A stretch of 64,000 bases of DNA, taken from assembly GCA_964016885.1 (NCBI GenBank), contig OZ024759.1, positions 11,346,001 to 11,410,000 of the forward strand, read 5' to 3'. The notes beneath the pieces were generated by a model that did not search any database, was not told where the DNA came from, and worked only from the letters and a program-made list of their open reading frames with translations. The number at the start of each line of letters is the position of its first letter. Position 1 is the stretch's first letter. Made by a program: the position numbers and the translations under genes. Shown here one piece after another: positions 25,561 through 40,157 of the stretch. Source of the DNA: Eledone cirrhosa. Its lineage: Eukaryota.

Positions 25561-27825
25561 TGTCACTATATTGTGTGATAACAGTCACTATATTGTGTGA
25601 TAACAGTTACTATATGTGTGATAACAGTCACTGTATTGTGTGATAACAGTTACTATATTGTGTGATAACAGTCACTATATTGTGTGATAACAGTTACTAT
25701 ATGTGTGATAACAGTCACTGTATTGTGTGATAACAGTCACTATATTATGTGATAACAGTTCCTATATTATGTGATAACAGTTACTATATTGTGTGATAAC
25801 AGTTACTATATAGTGTGATAACAGTTACTATATTGTGTGATAACAGTTACTATATTGTATAACAGTTACTATATTGTGTGATAAGTCACTATATTGTGTG
25901 ATAACAGTCACTATATTGTGTGATAACAGTTACTATATTGTGTAATAACAGTTACTATATTGTGTGATAACAGTTACTATATTATGTGATAACAGTTTCT
26001 ATATTGTGTGATAAGTCACTATATTGTGTGATAACAGTTACTATATTGTGTGATAACAGTTACTATATTGTGTGATAACAGTTACTATATTGTGTGATAA
26101 CAGTTACTATATTGTGTGATAACAGTTACTATATTGTGTGATAACAGTTACTATATTGTGTGATAACAGTCACTATATTGTGTGATAACAGTCACTATAT
26201 TGTGTGATAACAGTCACTATATTGTGTGATAACAGTTACTATATTGTGTGATAACAGTTACTATATTGTGTGATAACAGTCACTATATTGTGTGACAACA
26301 GTTACTATATTGTGTGATAACAGTTACTATATTGTGTGATAACAGTTACTATATTGTGTGATAACAGTTACTATATTGTGTGATAACAGTTACTATATTG
26401 TGTGATAACAGTTACTATATTGTGTGATAACAGTCACTATATTGTGTGATAACAGTTACTATATTGTGTGATAACAGTCACTATATTGTGTGATAACAGT
26501 TCCTATATTGTGTGATAACAGTCACTATATTGTGTGATAACAGTTCCTATATTGTGTGATAACAGTCACTATATTGTGTGATAACAGTCACTATATTGTG
26601 TGATAACAGTTACTATATTGTGTGATAACAGTCACTATATTGTGTGATAACAGTTACTATATTGTGTGATAACAGTCACTATATTGTGTGATAACAGTTA
26701 CTATATTGTGTGATAACAGTCACTATATTGTATAACAGTTACTATATTGTGTGATAACAGTTACTATATTGTGTGATAACAGTTACTATATTGTGTGATA
26801 ACAGTTACTATATTGTATAACAGTTACTATATTGTGTGATAACAGTTACTATATTGTGTGATAACAGTTACTATATTGTATAACAGTTACTATATTGTGT
26901 GATAACAGTTGCTATATTGTGTGATAACAGTTACTATATTGTGTGATAACAGTTACTATATTGTGTGATAACAGTTACTATATTGTATAACAGTTACTAT
27001 ATTGTGTGATAACAGTTACTATATTGTGTGATAACAGTTACTATATTGTATAACAGTTACTATATTGTGTGATAACAGTTACTATATTATGTGATAACAG
27101 TTACTATATTGTGTGATAACAGTTACTATATTGTGTGATAACAGTTACTATATTGTGTGATAACAGTTACTATATTGTATAACAGTTACTATATTGTATA
27201 ACAGTTACTATATTGTGTGATAACAGTTACTATATTGTGTGATAACAGTTACTATATTGTGTGATAACAGTTACTATATTGTATAACAGTTACTATATTG
27301 TGTGATAACAGTTACTATATTGTATAACAGTTACTATATTGTGTGATAACAGTTACTATATTGTGTGATAACAGTTACTATATTGTGTGATAACAGTTAC
27401 TATATTGTGTGATAACAGTTACTATATTGTGTGATAACAGTTACTATATTGTGTGATAACAGTGACTATATTGTGTGATAACAGTTACTATATTGTGTGA
27501 TAACAGTTACTATATTGTGTGATAACAGTTACTATAGCATTGATAACTTATTGTATCACTGATAACAGTTACTATATCACTGATAACAGTTATTGTAGCA
27601 TTGACACATTATTATACCACTGATAACAGTTATTGTATCACTGATATACCACTGATACGTTATTGTAGCATAGATAACAGTTACTATATTACTGATAACA
27701 GTTACTATATCACTGATATCAGTTACTATATTACTGATAACAGTTACTATATTACTTATAACAGTTACTGCACCACTGATATCAGTTATTTCACTACCTA
27801 TAACAGTTATTTCACTACCTATAAA
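25561..27825. repeat. 22-bp minisatellite GATAACAGTTACTATATTGTGT with degenerate 3' flank
   Basis: Direct reading. Confidence 0.96.
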
Positions 27826-27857
27826 CAGTGTCCTGTTGTGTCCTTGAGGAAGACATT

Positions 27858-28165
27858 TTATACTATACCAGTTATACCAATTATACTATACCAGTTATAC
27901 CAATTATACTATACCAGTTATACCAATTATACTATACCAGTTATACTATACCAGTTATGTTATACCAGTTATGTTATACCAGTTATGTTATACCAGTTAT
28001 GTTATACCAGTTATACTATACCAGTTATACTATACCAGTTATGTTATACCAGTTATATTATACCAGTTATGTTATACCAGTTATGTTATACCAGTTATAC
28101 TATACTAATTATACTATACCAGTTATACTATACCAGTTATACTATACTAATTATACTATACCAGT
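27858..28165. repeat. 14-bp repeat TATACCAGTTAT(AC/GT)
   Basis: Direct reading. Confidence 0.9.
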
Positions 28166-28169
28166 TTAG

Positions 28170-28310
28170 TTTTGGCAAATTGTCAGGTAGAATGCTTTGT
28201 GGTATTCATTCCACCTCTCTGTGTTGAGTTCAAATCTCAGCAAGGCTAACTGCCTTTCATCCATTTGAAGTTGATAAAAAAGTACCAGTCTAATACTGAG
28301 GTTGATATTT
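28170..28310 (+). mobile_element. SINE family B, degenerate
   Basis: GAGTTCAAATC...GCCTTTCATCC...GATAAAAAAGTACCAG. Confidence 0.75.
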
Positions 28311-28319
28311 TCCCTCACT

Positions 28320-29746
28320 ATCTCTCTACCATACCTCCCCCCTTCTCTTTATCTACCATACCCCCCTCACCCCTTCTCTCTCTACCATACCCCCTTCTCT
28401 CTCTCTTTACCATACCTGCCCCTTCTCGCTCTCTTTACCATACCTCCCCCTTCTCTTTCTCTTTACCATACCTCCCCCTTCTCTCTCTCTCTTTACCATA
28501 CCTCCCCCCTCCCTTTCTCTTTACCATACCTCCCCCTTCTCTCTCTATTTGCCATACCTCCCCCTTCTCTTTCTCTTTACCATACCTCTCCCTTCTCTTT
28601 CTCTTTACCATACCTCCCCCTTCTCTTTCTCTTTACCATACCTCCCCTTCTCTCTCTCTTTACCATACCTCCCCCTTCTCTTTCTCTTTACCATACCTCC
28701 CCCGTCTCTTTATCACACCTCCCCCTTCTCTCTCTCTTTACCATACCTCCTCCTTCTCTCTCTCTCTTTACCATACCTCCTCCTTCTCTCTCTCTCTTTA
28801 CCATACCTCCTCCTTCTCTCTCTGGAATAAATCAGCTGTGTTGGGGAGGAACTGGCAAGTTTAAAAATATCCAAGACATACAGTATGTTACTACGGCAAC
28901 CCCACAGCTCCAACAAGAGCTACAGAAACACACATACATATATACACATATACACATACACACACACATACACATATATATATATATATACACATATATA
29001 CACACACATATATAGACACATATATACACACATATATACACACACATATATATATATATATACACACATGTATACATATATGCATATATACATGCACACA
29101 CATATATATATATACACACACAACCACACACACATATACATACACACACATACATACGCACACATATATACATACATATGTACACACACATATATACATA
29201 CATATGTACACACACATATATACATACATATGTACACATACACATATACATACACACACACATGCATACACACACACGTACACACTCATATACAAACACA
29301 TACATACACACACATACATACACACACATACATACACACACATATACATACACATACATACACACACACATACACACATATAGATACACACACATATACA
29401 TACACACACACATACATACACATAAATACACACACATACATACACACACACATACATACACACATAAATACACACACATATACATACACACATACATACA
29501 TACACACGCATAAATACACACACATATACATACACACACACATACATACACACATAAATACACACACATATACATACACACACACATACATACACACACA
29601 TAAATACACACACATATACATACACACACACATACATACACACATAAATACACACACATATACATACACACACACATACATACACACACATATATACACA
29701 CACATATACATACATGCATACATACATATACATATACACACACACA

Positions 29747-29806
<60 letters not shown>

Positions 29807-29919
29807 CTCACACACACAAACACACAAGCACACACACACACAAACACACACAAACACACACACACACTCACATACAAACACTCACACAAACACTCACACA
29901 CACACTCACACACACACTC

Positions 29920-29950
<31 letters not shown>

Positions 29951-29952
29951 TA
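28320..29952. repeat. ~27 bp CTCTTTACCATACCTCCCCCTTCT repeat (28320-28822) and CA/TA microsatellite (28925-29952)
   Basis: Direct reading. Confidence 0.9.
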
Positions 29953-30170
29953 CCAAACTGAAATGGAACAACAGCAGCTACAACAACAACAACAAGAACA
30001 ACATCCAGTAGTATTGTCGCGCGGACACCGCCTGTCATATTCAGTCGATGTATCAAATAACATTTTACTACACTCTTATCTCATCAGTCTTCTCCTTGCA
30101 ATTACATTTTAAATAACACTGTCTTGTTCTTTTTCGGACAACACAGACAATAACTTAAACTGTTTTATGA

Positions 30171-30201
<31 letters not shown>

Positions 30202-30396
30202 ACTACTGCTGCTGTTGTATTTATACACTTTATACATCTTCAAATACATGTAAAAAAAACGAAGAAGCTGATATACAAGTGGTTAATTAAAATGGCTGCA
30301 CATTGCTTCATGTTTCACAGACGCGTTACACGATTTGGCCATCAATTTAATTTTCTTTTGTCTTAATGAATGTCACAGACACACTGCGTCTGTGGT

Positions 30397-32960
30397 AAAC
30401 AGGGTTGTCTAGTAACCCCATAGCTGTGTAGTTAACATGGTTGTCTAGTAACCCCATGGTTGTGTAGTTAACAAGGTTGTTTAGTAACCCCATAGTTGTG
30501 TAGTTAACAAGGTTGTCTAGTAACCCCATAGCTGTGTAGTTAACAGGGTTGTCTAGTAACCCCATAGCTGTGTAGTTAAGGTTGTCTAGTAACCCCATAG
30601 CTGTGTAGTTAAGGTTGTCTAGTAACCCCATAGCTGTGTAGTTAACAGGGTTGTCTAGTTACCCCATGGTTGTTAGTTAACAAGGTTGTCTAGTAACCCC
30701 ATAGCTGTGTAGTTAACAAGGTTGTCTAGTAACCCCATAGCTGTGTAGTTAACAAGGTTGTCTAGTTACCCCATAGCTGTGTAGTTAACAAGGTTGTCTA
30801 GTAACCCCATAGCTGTGTAGTTAACAGGGTTGTCTAGTTACCCCATAGCTGTGTAGTTAACAGGGTTGTCTAGTAACCCCATAGCTGTGTAGTTAACAAG
30901 GTTGTCTAGTAACCCCATAGCTGTGTAGTTAACAGGGTTGTCTAGTTACCCCATAGCTGTGTAGTTAACAGGGTTGTCTAGTAACCCCATAGCTGTGTAG
31001 TTAACAGGGTTGTCTAGTAACCCCATAGCTGTGTAGTTAACAGGGTTGTCTAGTAACCCCATAGCTGTGTAGTTAACAGGGTTGTCTAGTAACCCCATAG
31101 CTGTGTAGTTAACAGGGTTGTCTAGTAACCCCATAGCTGTGTAGTTAACAGGGTTGTCTAGTAACCCCATAGCTGTGTAGTTAACAAGGTTATCTAGTAA
31201 CCCCATGGTTGTGTAGTTAACAGGGTTGTCTAGTAACCCCATAGCTGTGTAGTTAACAAGGTTGTCTAGTAACCCCATGGTTGTGTAGTTAAGGTTGTCT
31301 AGTAACCCCATAGCTGTGTAGTTAACAAGGTTGTCTAGTAACCCCATAGCTCTGTAGTTAACAAGGTTGTCTAGTAACCCCATAGCTGTGTAGTTAACAT
31401 GGTTGTCTAGTAACCCCATAGCTGTGTAGTTAACAAGGTTGTCTAGTAACCCCATGGTTGTTAGTTAACAGGGTTGTCTAGTAACCCCATAGCTGTGTAG
31501 TTAACAAGGTTGTCTGGTAACCCCATAGCTGTGTAGTTAACAAGGTTGTCTAGTAACCCCATAGCTGTGTAGTTAACAGGGTTGTCTAGTAACCCCATAG
31601 CTGTGTAGTTAACAGGGTTGTCTAGTAACCCCATAGCTGTGTAGTTAACAAGGTTGTCTAGTAACCCCAGAGCTGTGTAGTTAACAGGGTTGTCTAGTAA
31701 CCCCATAGCTGTGTAGTTAACAAGGTTGTCTAGTAACCCCATGGTTGTGTAGTTAACAAGGTTGTCTAGTAACCCCATAGCTGTGTAGTTAACAGGGTTG
31801 TCTAGTAACCCCATAGCTGTGTAGTTAACAGGGTTGTCTAGTAACCCCATAGCTGTGTAGTTAACAGGGTTGTCTAGTTACCCCATAGCTGTGTAGTTAA
31901 CATGGTTGTCTAGTAACCCCATAGCTGTGTAGTTAACAGGGTTGTCTAGTAACCCCATAGCTGTGTAGTTAACAGGGTTGTCTAGTAACCCCATAGCTGT
32001 GTAGTTAACAAGGTTGTCTAGTAACCCCAGAGCTGTGTAGTTAACAGGGTTGTCTAGTAACCCCATGGTTGTGTAGTTAACAGGGTTGTCTAGTAACCCC
32101 ATAGCTGTGTAGTTAACAGGGTTGTCTAGTAACCCCATAGCTGTGTAGTTAACAGGGTTGTCTAGTAACCCCATAGCTGTGTAGTTAACAGGGTTGTCTA
32201 GTAACCCCATAGCTGTGTAGTTAACAAGGTTATCTAGTAACCCCATGGTTGTGTAGTTAAGGTTGTCTAGTAACCCCATAGCTGTGTAGTTAACAAGGTT
32301 GTCTAGTAACCCCATAGCTGTGTAGTTAACAAGGTTGTCTAGTAACCCCATGGTTGTGTAGTTAAGGTTGTCTAGTAACCCCATAGCTGTGTAGTTAACA
32401 AGGTTGTCTAGTAACCCCATAGCTCTGTAGTTAACAAGGTTGTCTAGTAACCCCATAGCTGTGTAGTTAACATGGTTGTCTAGTAACCCCATAGCTGTGT
32501 AGTTAACAAGGTTGTCTAGTAACCCCATGGTTGTTAGTTAACAGGGTTGTCTAGTAACCCCATAGCTGTGTAGTTAACAAGGTTGTCTAGTAACCCCATA
32601 GCTGTGTAGTTAACAAGGTTGTCTAGTAACCCCATAGCTGTGTAGTTAACAGGGTTGTCTAGTAACCCCATAGCTGTGTAGTTAACAGGGTTGTCTAGTA
32701 ACCCCATAGCTGTGTAGTTAACAAGGTTGTCTAGTAACCCCAGAGCTGTGTAGTTAACAGGGTTGTCTAGTAACCCCATAGCTGTGTAGTTAACAAGGTT
32801 GTCTAGTAACCCCATGGTTGTGTAGTTAACAAGGTTGTCTAGTAACCCCATAGCTGTGTAGTTAACAGGGTTGTCTAGTAACCCCATAGCTGTGTAGTTA
32901 ACAGGGTTGTCTAGTAACCCCATAGCTGTGTAGTTAACAAGGTTGTCTAGTAACCCCATA
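30397..32960. repeat. 36-bp minisatellite, ~71 copies
   Basis: Unit GTTAACA(A/G)GGTTGTCTAGTAACCCCATAGCTGTGTA. Confidence 0.97.
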
Positions 32961-32964
32961 TGAC

Positions 32965-33945
32965 AAGGTTTTTAGATAAATACTTTAAACCAAACAGTTT
33001 TGTATCATAGAACCAGGTGTGTCTGGAACATAACTTGACAAAGGTTCTTCCATAAATCTATGATGCAAGATTTAAAAATAAATATAAGTTCTTTAGAATT
33101 AACAGGGATCATTTCAGGTGGTTTGGTATCAAAAGAGTTAAGCCAATGTTTGGAACGTAACTTAACAAAGGTTCTTACGTAAAATGATGATTTTTAGATA
33201 AATATAAACACTTTAAAATTAACAATTTAGTAGAACCAGGGATGGTTTCAGGTGGTTTGGTATCAAGAGTTTAGCCAATGTTTGGAACATAACTTAACAA
33301 AGGTTCTTACATAAAATATTGATGGATGATTTTAGATAAATATAAACACTTTAAACTTAACAATTTAGTAGAACTGGGGATGGTTTCAGGTGGTTTGGTA
33401 TCAAGAGTTAAGCCAATGTTTGGAACATAACTTAACAAAGGTTCTTACATAAAATATTGATGGATGATTTGAGATAAATAAAACTTAACAATTTAGGAGA
33501 ACCAGGGATGGTTTCAGGTGGTTTGGTATCAAGAGTTAAGCCAATGTTTGGAACATAACTTAACAAAGGTTCTTACATAAAATATTGATGGATGATTTTA
33601 GATAAATATAAACATTTTAAACTTAACAATTTAGTAGAACCAGGGATGGTTTCAGGTGGTTTGGTATCAAGAGTTAAGCCAATGTTTGGAACATAACTTA
33701 ACAAAGGTTCTTACATAAAATATTGATGGATGATTTTAGATAAATAAAACTTAACAATTTAGTAGAACCGGGGATGGTTTCAGGTGGTTTGGTATCAAGA
33801 GTTAAGACAATGTTTGGAACATAACTTAACAAAGGTTCTTACATAAAATATTGATGGATGATTTTTAGATAAATATAAACACTTTAAACTTAGCAATTTA
33901 GTAGAACCAGGGATGGTTTCAGGTGGTTTGGTATCAAAAGGTTTC
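32965..33945. repeat. ~130-bp tandem repeat, ~7 copies, resembling a TTAA-MITE end
   Basis: TTTCAGGTGGTTTGGTATCAA(AA)GAGTTAA per unit; compare TTTCAGGCAGTTTGCTATCAAAAGGGTTAA at 39849-39877. Confidence 0.85.
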
Positions 33946-34564
33946 AACTTTTCATTGTCGGTGTCACTTTTTGTTTTCTAATATGGCTTAAGAAAAAGTC
34001 AACCAGCTTGAAATATTCAGGAATCATCGATTGTTTTCAAAAGGTGTTAAGAAGACTCAACCTAAACGGTTTATTTAATTTTCACTCTTTATTTATTAAT
34101 TTATAAACAACTCAAGTGTCATAAAATATTGTTGATAAAATCTTTAGAGAGTTACTGGGAATTAGAATTAACTATACTATGTAGTTGTGGAAACAGATTA
34201 TTATATATTGAAAAGCTGAATAATAAATTTGATAGAATTCCTCAAACTGGTCCATTTAGAGTAGTCTAAATTATTTTAGTGGAGCTGTGTGTGGCCTAGT
34301 GGTTAGGGTGTTGAACTGATGATTATAACATCATGGGTTTCATTCTAGGACTGGGTTGTGTTCAGTTCATTTCACGTTGGTCCAGATGAAATTAAGTTAA
34401 CAGCAGTAGCTGGGGTTTAACTCTGTGAGGGGGAGTCTTATACTCTAAGTCAGTTAATGCTGAAGAAACCATCTGTTGGGTTGGGCAGGTTGTGAAAGTC
34501 TGAGACTTGCCAGGTCAATGAACCACATCTTGATTATACATGCCATTTTGGTGTGTATATATAT

Positions 34565-34907
34565 CATCATTCATCATCATTTCATTTTATGTCCGCTTTT
34601 CCCTGCTTGCAAGGGTGGGACGGGAACTGATTTTGGCTTGATTTCTACAGCTGGATGCCCTTCCTAACACCAACCTCATTTACAGTGAGTGCTGGGTGCT
34701 TTTTTGCCGTGGCACCTCCACGACCACTTTGCAGTGGAATGATATGGACCCCAGTCCCTATCATCTCATTTCTACAGCTGAGTAAACTGGAGCAATGTGA
34801 AATAAAGTGTCTTGCTCAAGGGAACAACACATCACCCGGTCTGAGAATTGAACTCACAACCTTTCGATTGCAAGGCCAATGCTCTAACCACTAAGCCATG
34901 TGCCTCC
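34565..34907 (-). mobile_element. SINE family A, full length
   Basis: Reverse complement of 17204 copy. Confidence 0.93.
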
Positions 34908-34924
34908 ATATATATATATATATA

Positions 34925-35475
34925 TCATCATCATCATTTTACATCTGCTTTTCCCTGCTTGCAAGGGTTGGACGGGTCCTATTCAGCACAGCATCTCTCC
35001 ACTTGTCACGGCCCTTCGTCATCTCCTCGGTGAGCTTCAGCGATCTGAGGTCTGCTCTCACCACCTCCGCCCATGTTTTTCGTGGTCTACCTCTACTGCG
35101 TCTTCCTTCTACTGGGACTTCCTGGCAGTTCTTTACCCAGGGGTCATCCTCCATGCGCATCACATGTCCATACCATCTCAGTCTTCTCTTCCGCACACCA
35201 CAACTTATCCTTCTTATACCCAGTTTCTTTCTCAACTCGTCTATGCTTGGTCGTTCATGCACATTGACATTGCACATCCAATGGAGCATATCCTCTGCAG
35301 TTGCTGCCCATGTCTCACTACCATGCAATATCGCGCTCCTCACAGAGGCATCATATAACTGTCCTTTCATACGCAGGAAGAAACCCTTCTTTGTCAACAG
35401 AGGAAACAGCTCCCTAAACTTCTTCCAACTCGTCCTTATTCTAGATACTATGACCTCGGAACACTCTCCCTCCTT
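34925..35475 (-). mobile_element. RTE family 2 3' fragment
   Basis: LHGSETW...RRLRWYGHVMRM...GRPRKTW; ORF runs into (ATG)n tail. Confidence 0.92.
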
Positions 35476-35549
35476 TTGTCTTAGCTATGTTCACTCTCAG
35501 TCCTCTTGATTCCAACTGCTGTTTCCATAGCCAGAATTTATATATATAA

Positions 35550-35622
35550 TGGAGGCACATGGCTTAGTGGTTAGAGCATTGGCCTTGCAATCGAAAGGTT
35601 GTGAGTTCAATTCTCAGACCAG
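35550..35622 (+). mobile_element. SINE A tRNA head only
   Basis: GGAGGCACATGGCTTAGTGG...GAGTTCAATTCTCAGACC then switches to family E sequence. Confidence 0.8.
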
Positions 35623-36297
35623 GACTAGATCTGTTTCATTCATAAGAAATCACTAGGAAAGTGATGTAGAGGTAATTTCTTTAATAATATATAAGCATGG
35701 TTACTCTACCTTGATGCCCTTCCTGATGCCAACTACTTTATAGTGTCATTAGGGGCCATTTATAAATATGTAAGTGTGCATATATGAGGCTGATTAAATA
35801 TAATATCAGTTAAGTAATTGACTTAGCCCTCCTCCACACACACACCTTCAATTTCTGGCTTTGCAATTGTGGAAGACATTATTATCAATAAGTAAAGTAC
35901 CAGTAATGCACTGGGGTAATTGCTGGCCTTGTGCCAGAAATAGAAACAATTATTATCAATACATTTATAACTGAGAAGACATTATAAGATGGTAACATGG
36001 GAGTTTATTTTATTCTTTCATTAATTGAAAACACGGGAACAAAATGTGGTCATCTGATTTGTCCTGTCTCAGAATTTGAATACCCAGCCAACCCATGCCA
36101 GGACAGACGTTGTTTAATCTTTTCATTACCATATTTCTAAGGAAATATAAAGTTGTTGGTGTTGAGAAAGGGCATCCGGCCACAGAAAACGAAGTGAAGC
36201 TGAAAACACGAGCAGTGGTCATTTGACTTGTCTAGTGTCAGAATTTGATGACCCAGTCAAACCCATGTGAGTGAGTGGGGGGGGGGGGGGAGAATGT

Positions 36298-36758
36298 ACG
36301 ATGATGATGATGGTGATGATGATGATGACGATGATGACAACGATGATGATGGTGATGATGATGATGATGATGACGATGACGATGACGATGATGACGACGA
36401 CGATGATGATGATGATGATGACGATGATGATGGTGATGACGATGATGACAACGATGATGATGGTGATGATGATGATGACAACGATGATGATGATGATGAC
36501 GATGATGACAACGATGATGATGATGATGATGATGATGATGACAACGATGATGATGATGACGATGATGACAACGATGATGATGATGATGACGATGATGACA
36601 ACGATGATGATGATGATGACGATGATGACAACGATGATGATGATGATGACGATGATGACAACGACGACGATGATGATGATAACGATGATGATGATGATGA
36701 CAACGATGATGATGATGATGATGACAACGATGATGATGATGATGATAATGATGACAAC

Positions 36759-36793
<35 letters not shown>

Positions 36794-36878
36794 CAACGAT
36801 GATGGTGATGATGACGATGACGATGATGATGATGGTGATGACGATGATGATGACAACGACGACGACGATGATGACAAC

Positions 36879-36921
<43 letters not shown>

Positions 36922-37073
36922 GTGATGACGATGATGATGACAACGACGACGACGATGATGACAACGATGATGATGATGATGATGACAACGATGGTGATGA
37001 CGATGATGATGACAACGACGACGACGATGATGACAACGATGATGATGATGATGATGACAACGATGATGACAAC

Positions 37074-37111
<38 letters not shown>
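36298..37111. repeat. (GAT/GAC/AAC)n trinucleotide array
   Basis: Direct reading. Confidence 0.97.
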
Positions 37112-37219
37112 CCATCGACAAACAAACAAACAAAAACGATTTCCAGCAGACAAATAAATCTTATAATTTAAGCCGAGCTCTTTATCACAGATTATTGAAA
37201 AGACAGCTTTTCAATAACC

Positions 37220-37431
37220 ATCCGTTATTGTCTGTTTTCAACAAGTTGAACACCATCCACAGGTCACCAGCTTCATCATTCTTCCGTTGTCTTTATAGAG
37301 TATTTATAATTTAGCCCACTTCAGGTATCCGTTATTGTCTGTTTTCAACAAGTTGAACACCATCCACAGGTCACCAGCTCCATCATTCTTCTGTTGTCTT
37401 TATAGAGTATTTATAGTTTAGCCCACTTCAG
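37220..37431. repeat. ~107-bp direct tandem duplication
   Basis: ATCCGTTATTGTC...GCCCACTTCAG twice. Confidence 0.9.
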
Positions 37432-37633
37432 ATATAGATGTCTATCTATGGAATTCTTGCTTTTTTTTTCGCTCATAAAATTATGGTTGAGAGATTTTCT
37501 ATTTTCCCTTGACCCGTAACTGCCGGGGGAGATATAGGTAGACCGTAGTGACATACAACATTTCTGGGACATTTTGAAACTTCGCCAGGTCTGAACTCAG
37601 CTGATTTCTTCCAGAGAAAAGTAGAGGGGGTAG

Positions 37634-37676
<43 letters not shown>

Positions 37677-37949
37677 GAGAAAGATATAGAGAGGAAGAAT
37701 TGACCTCACTACTAAACTGCTACTCTTTTATTGACCTCGAACGGATGAAAGGCAAGATTTTAACTCAGTGTACAAAGGACCAGAATGAATACCACAAAAC
37801 ATTCTCTCCGATGTTCTAACAATTCTGCCAATTTGCCATGTGGAAGGGTTTTAGATAAATATAAAAACTACATGAACAAGGCAACACTATGACTGCACCA
37901 CATTAAATATCAAAGTCTTTACTCTAATACTACAAATTTTCACAATAAT

Positions 37950-38966
37950 CTGTTCACTAGTAATTGTTTCTTCTTTTGGCACCAGGCCAGCATTACTGGT
38001 ACTTTATTTTATCGACCCCTTAAGGATGAAAGGCAAAGTTAATCTCGGCGGGATTTGAACTCAGACTATAAAGGGACGTAACTCTATGCTTCAAAGCATG
38101 GTGTCTGACCTTCTACCGATACTGCCAATCCACCGCCCTCTGTCCACTAATAATTGTTTCTATTTTACGCACAAGGCCAGCAATTACCCAGTACATTACT
38201 GGTACTTTATTTTATCGACCCCTTAAGGATGAAAGGCAAAGTTAATCTCGGCGGGATTTGAACTCAGACTATAAAGGGACGTAACTCTATGCTTCAAAGC
38301 ATGGTGTCTGACCTTCTACCGATACTGCCAATCCACCGCCCTCTGTCCACTAATAATTGTTTCTATTTTACGCACAAGGCCAGCAATTAACCAGTACATT
38401 ACTGGTACTTTATTTTATCGACCCCTTAAGGATGAAAGGCAAAGTTAATCTCGGCGGGATTTGAACTCAGACTATAAAGGGACGTAACTCTATGCTTCAA
38501 AGCATGGTGTCCGACCCTCTACCGATACTGCCAATCCACCGCCCTCTGTCCACTAATAATTGTTTCTATTTTACGCACAAGGCCAGCAATTAACCAGTAC
38601 ATTACTGGTACTTTATTTTATCGACCCCTTAAGGATGAAAGGCAAAGTTAATCTCGGCGGGATTTGAACTCAGACTATAAAGGGACGTAACTCTATGCTT
38701 CAAAGCATGGTGTCCGACCCTCTACCGATACTGCCAATCCACCGCCCTCTGCCAACTAAGAATTGTTTCTATTTTACGCACAAGGCCAGCAATTACCCAG
38801 TACATTACTGGTACTTTATTTTATCGACCCCTTAAGGATGAAAGGCAAAGTTAATCTCGGCGGGATTTGAACTCAGACTATAAAGGGACGTAACTCTATG
38901 CTTCAAAGCATGGTGTCTGACCCTCTACCGATACTGCCAATCCACCGCCCTCTGTCCACTAATAAT
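37950..38966 (-). mobile_element. Five tandem SINE family B copies, period 203 bp
   Basis: CACCGCCC at 38131, 38334, 38537, 38740, 38943; linker TCTGTCCACTAATAAT. Confidence 0.93.
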
Positions 38967-39139
38967 GATACTATAAATGCTTGAATTAACAAATCACATG
39001 AGTAAGACATTCTTGAAAAGTACAAAACAGAAATATGATTCCATCACATTAAAAATTAAAGCCATTGATCTAATACTGCAAATTTTCACAACAATCTGTC
39101 CAGCAGTAAAGATACTATAAACATTTTGAATTAACAAAC

Positions 39140-39328
39140 CTTTCTTTCTTTTCTTTGCCCACTTATTCCTGAAAGGGTCTTGGGGGCAGAGTCCTCAAAC
39201 ACTCCCTCCAGTAGGTCCTGTCAGAAGCAACCATCTCCAACTGATCTGGCTAGTTCCCCAAGCATGACCAGCCAAGCTCATGATGTTATCTTGCTTGTGG
39301 TCTACCCCTGGGTCTCCTGCCAGTTGGT
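39140..39328 (-). mobile_element. Expander/Rex3-like RTE 3' end
   Basis: - strand PTGRRPRGRP...LGW...DQLEMVASDRTYWRECLRTLPPRP; (AAAG)n tail. Confidence 0.75.
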
Positions 39329-39332
39329 TTAA

Positions 39333-39752
39333 CCCTTTAGCATTTACATTACTTTACTATTATATTTTCATGGGCGGTGGATTGGCAGTATCAGTAGAGG
39401 GTCGGACGCCATGCTTTCCAGCATAGTTACATCCCTTTACGATCTGATTTCAAATCCCGCCGAGGTTGACTTTGCCTTTCATCCTTACGGGGTCGATAAA
39501 ATAAAGTACCAGTAATGTACTGGGTAATTGCTGGCCTTGTGCCTAAAGTAGAGACAATTATATTTTCATGGTAAAGGCTTTACCTCACATAATTATCTCA
39601 CATAATATGGAATCTATGACGTTTTGATGAGGATATTATTTATTTTGAGAACAATACCTTAATGTCAGTATGAGTGGCCGGTTATGACCGGTTTGACCAG
39701 AATGAGGGGAGGGAATTTTGGCTGGATATGGCCGGTTTAAATGCTTAAAGGG
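39333..39752. mobile_element. piggyBac-type MITE (inverted homolog of 12202) with nested SINE B at 39374-39556
   Basis: TTAA|CCCTTTAG...TAAAGGG|TTAA; SINE flanked by 15-bp TSD ATTATATTTTCATGG. Confidence 0.9.
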
Positions 39753-40157
39753 TTAACAAACCTGTTTTTAGATATTTTCTGCTGAACCAATCGAGGATGT
39801 TAAGAGTTACAATAAACAGCTTAGTATGTATTGCAGAACCAAATATGATTTCAGGCAGTTTGCTATCAAAAGGGTTAATAATCCATTATTAAAAGACCTA
39901 ATGTGCTACTCTTATAGACTTTTATTATCATAAACAATTTAGTTGTTTCATTTCTTGTTTTATTTGGATCATAATCTTGCCGCCTGTTAAGTAACTAATT
40001 AGATGGTTCACTGGGTTCTCTTGATCTCAATATTTGGTGTGTTCCTTTCAATATCAACATCAGAGAGACATTATCTCTCTTTCTGTACACTCAACCAGAG
40101 ATGATTTACTGTTTACTTGTATTGTTATTATTATTTTTATTATTATTGTTGTTATTC

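Noticed and set aside
36267-37157. Poly-Asp 'aspein-like' acidic protein
   Set aside because: Pure GAT/GAC array open in several frames, no signal peptide, lies in the unc-13 intron.
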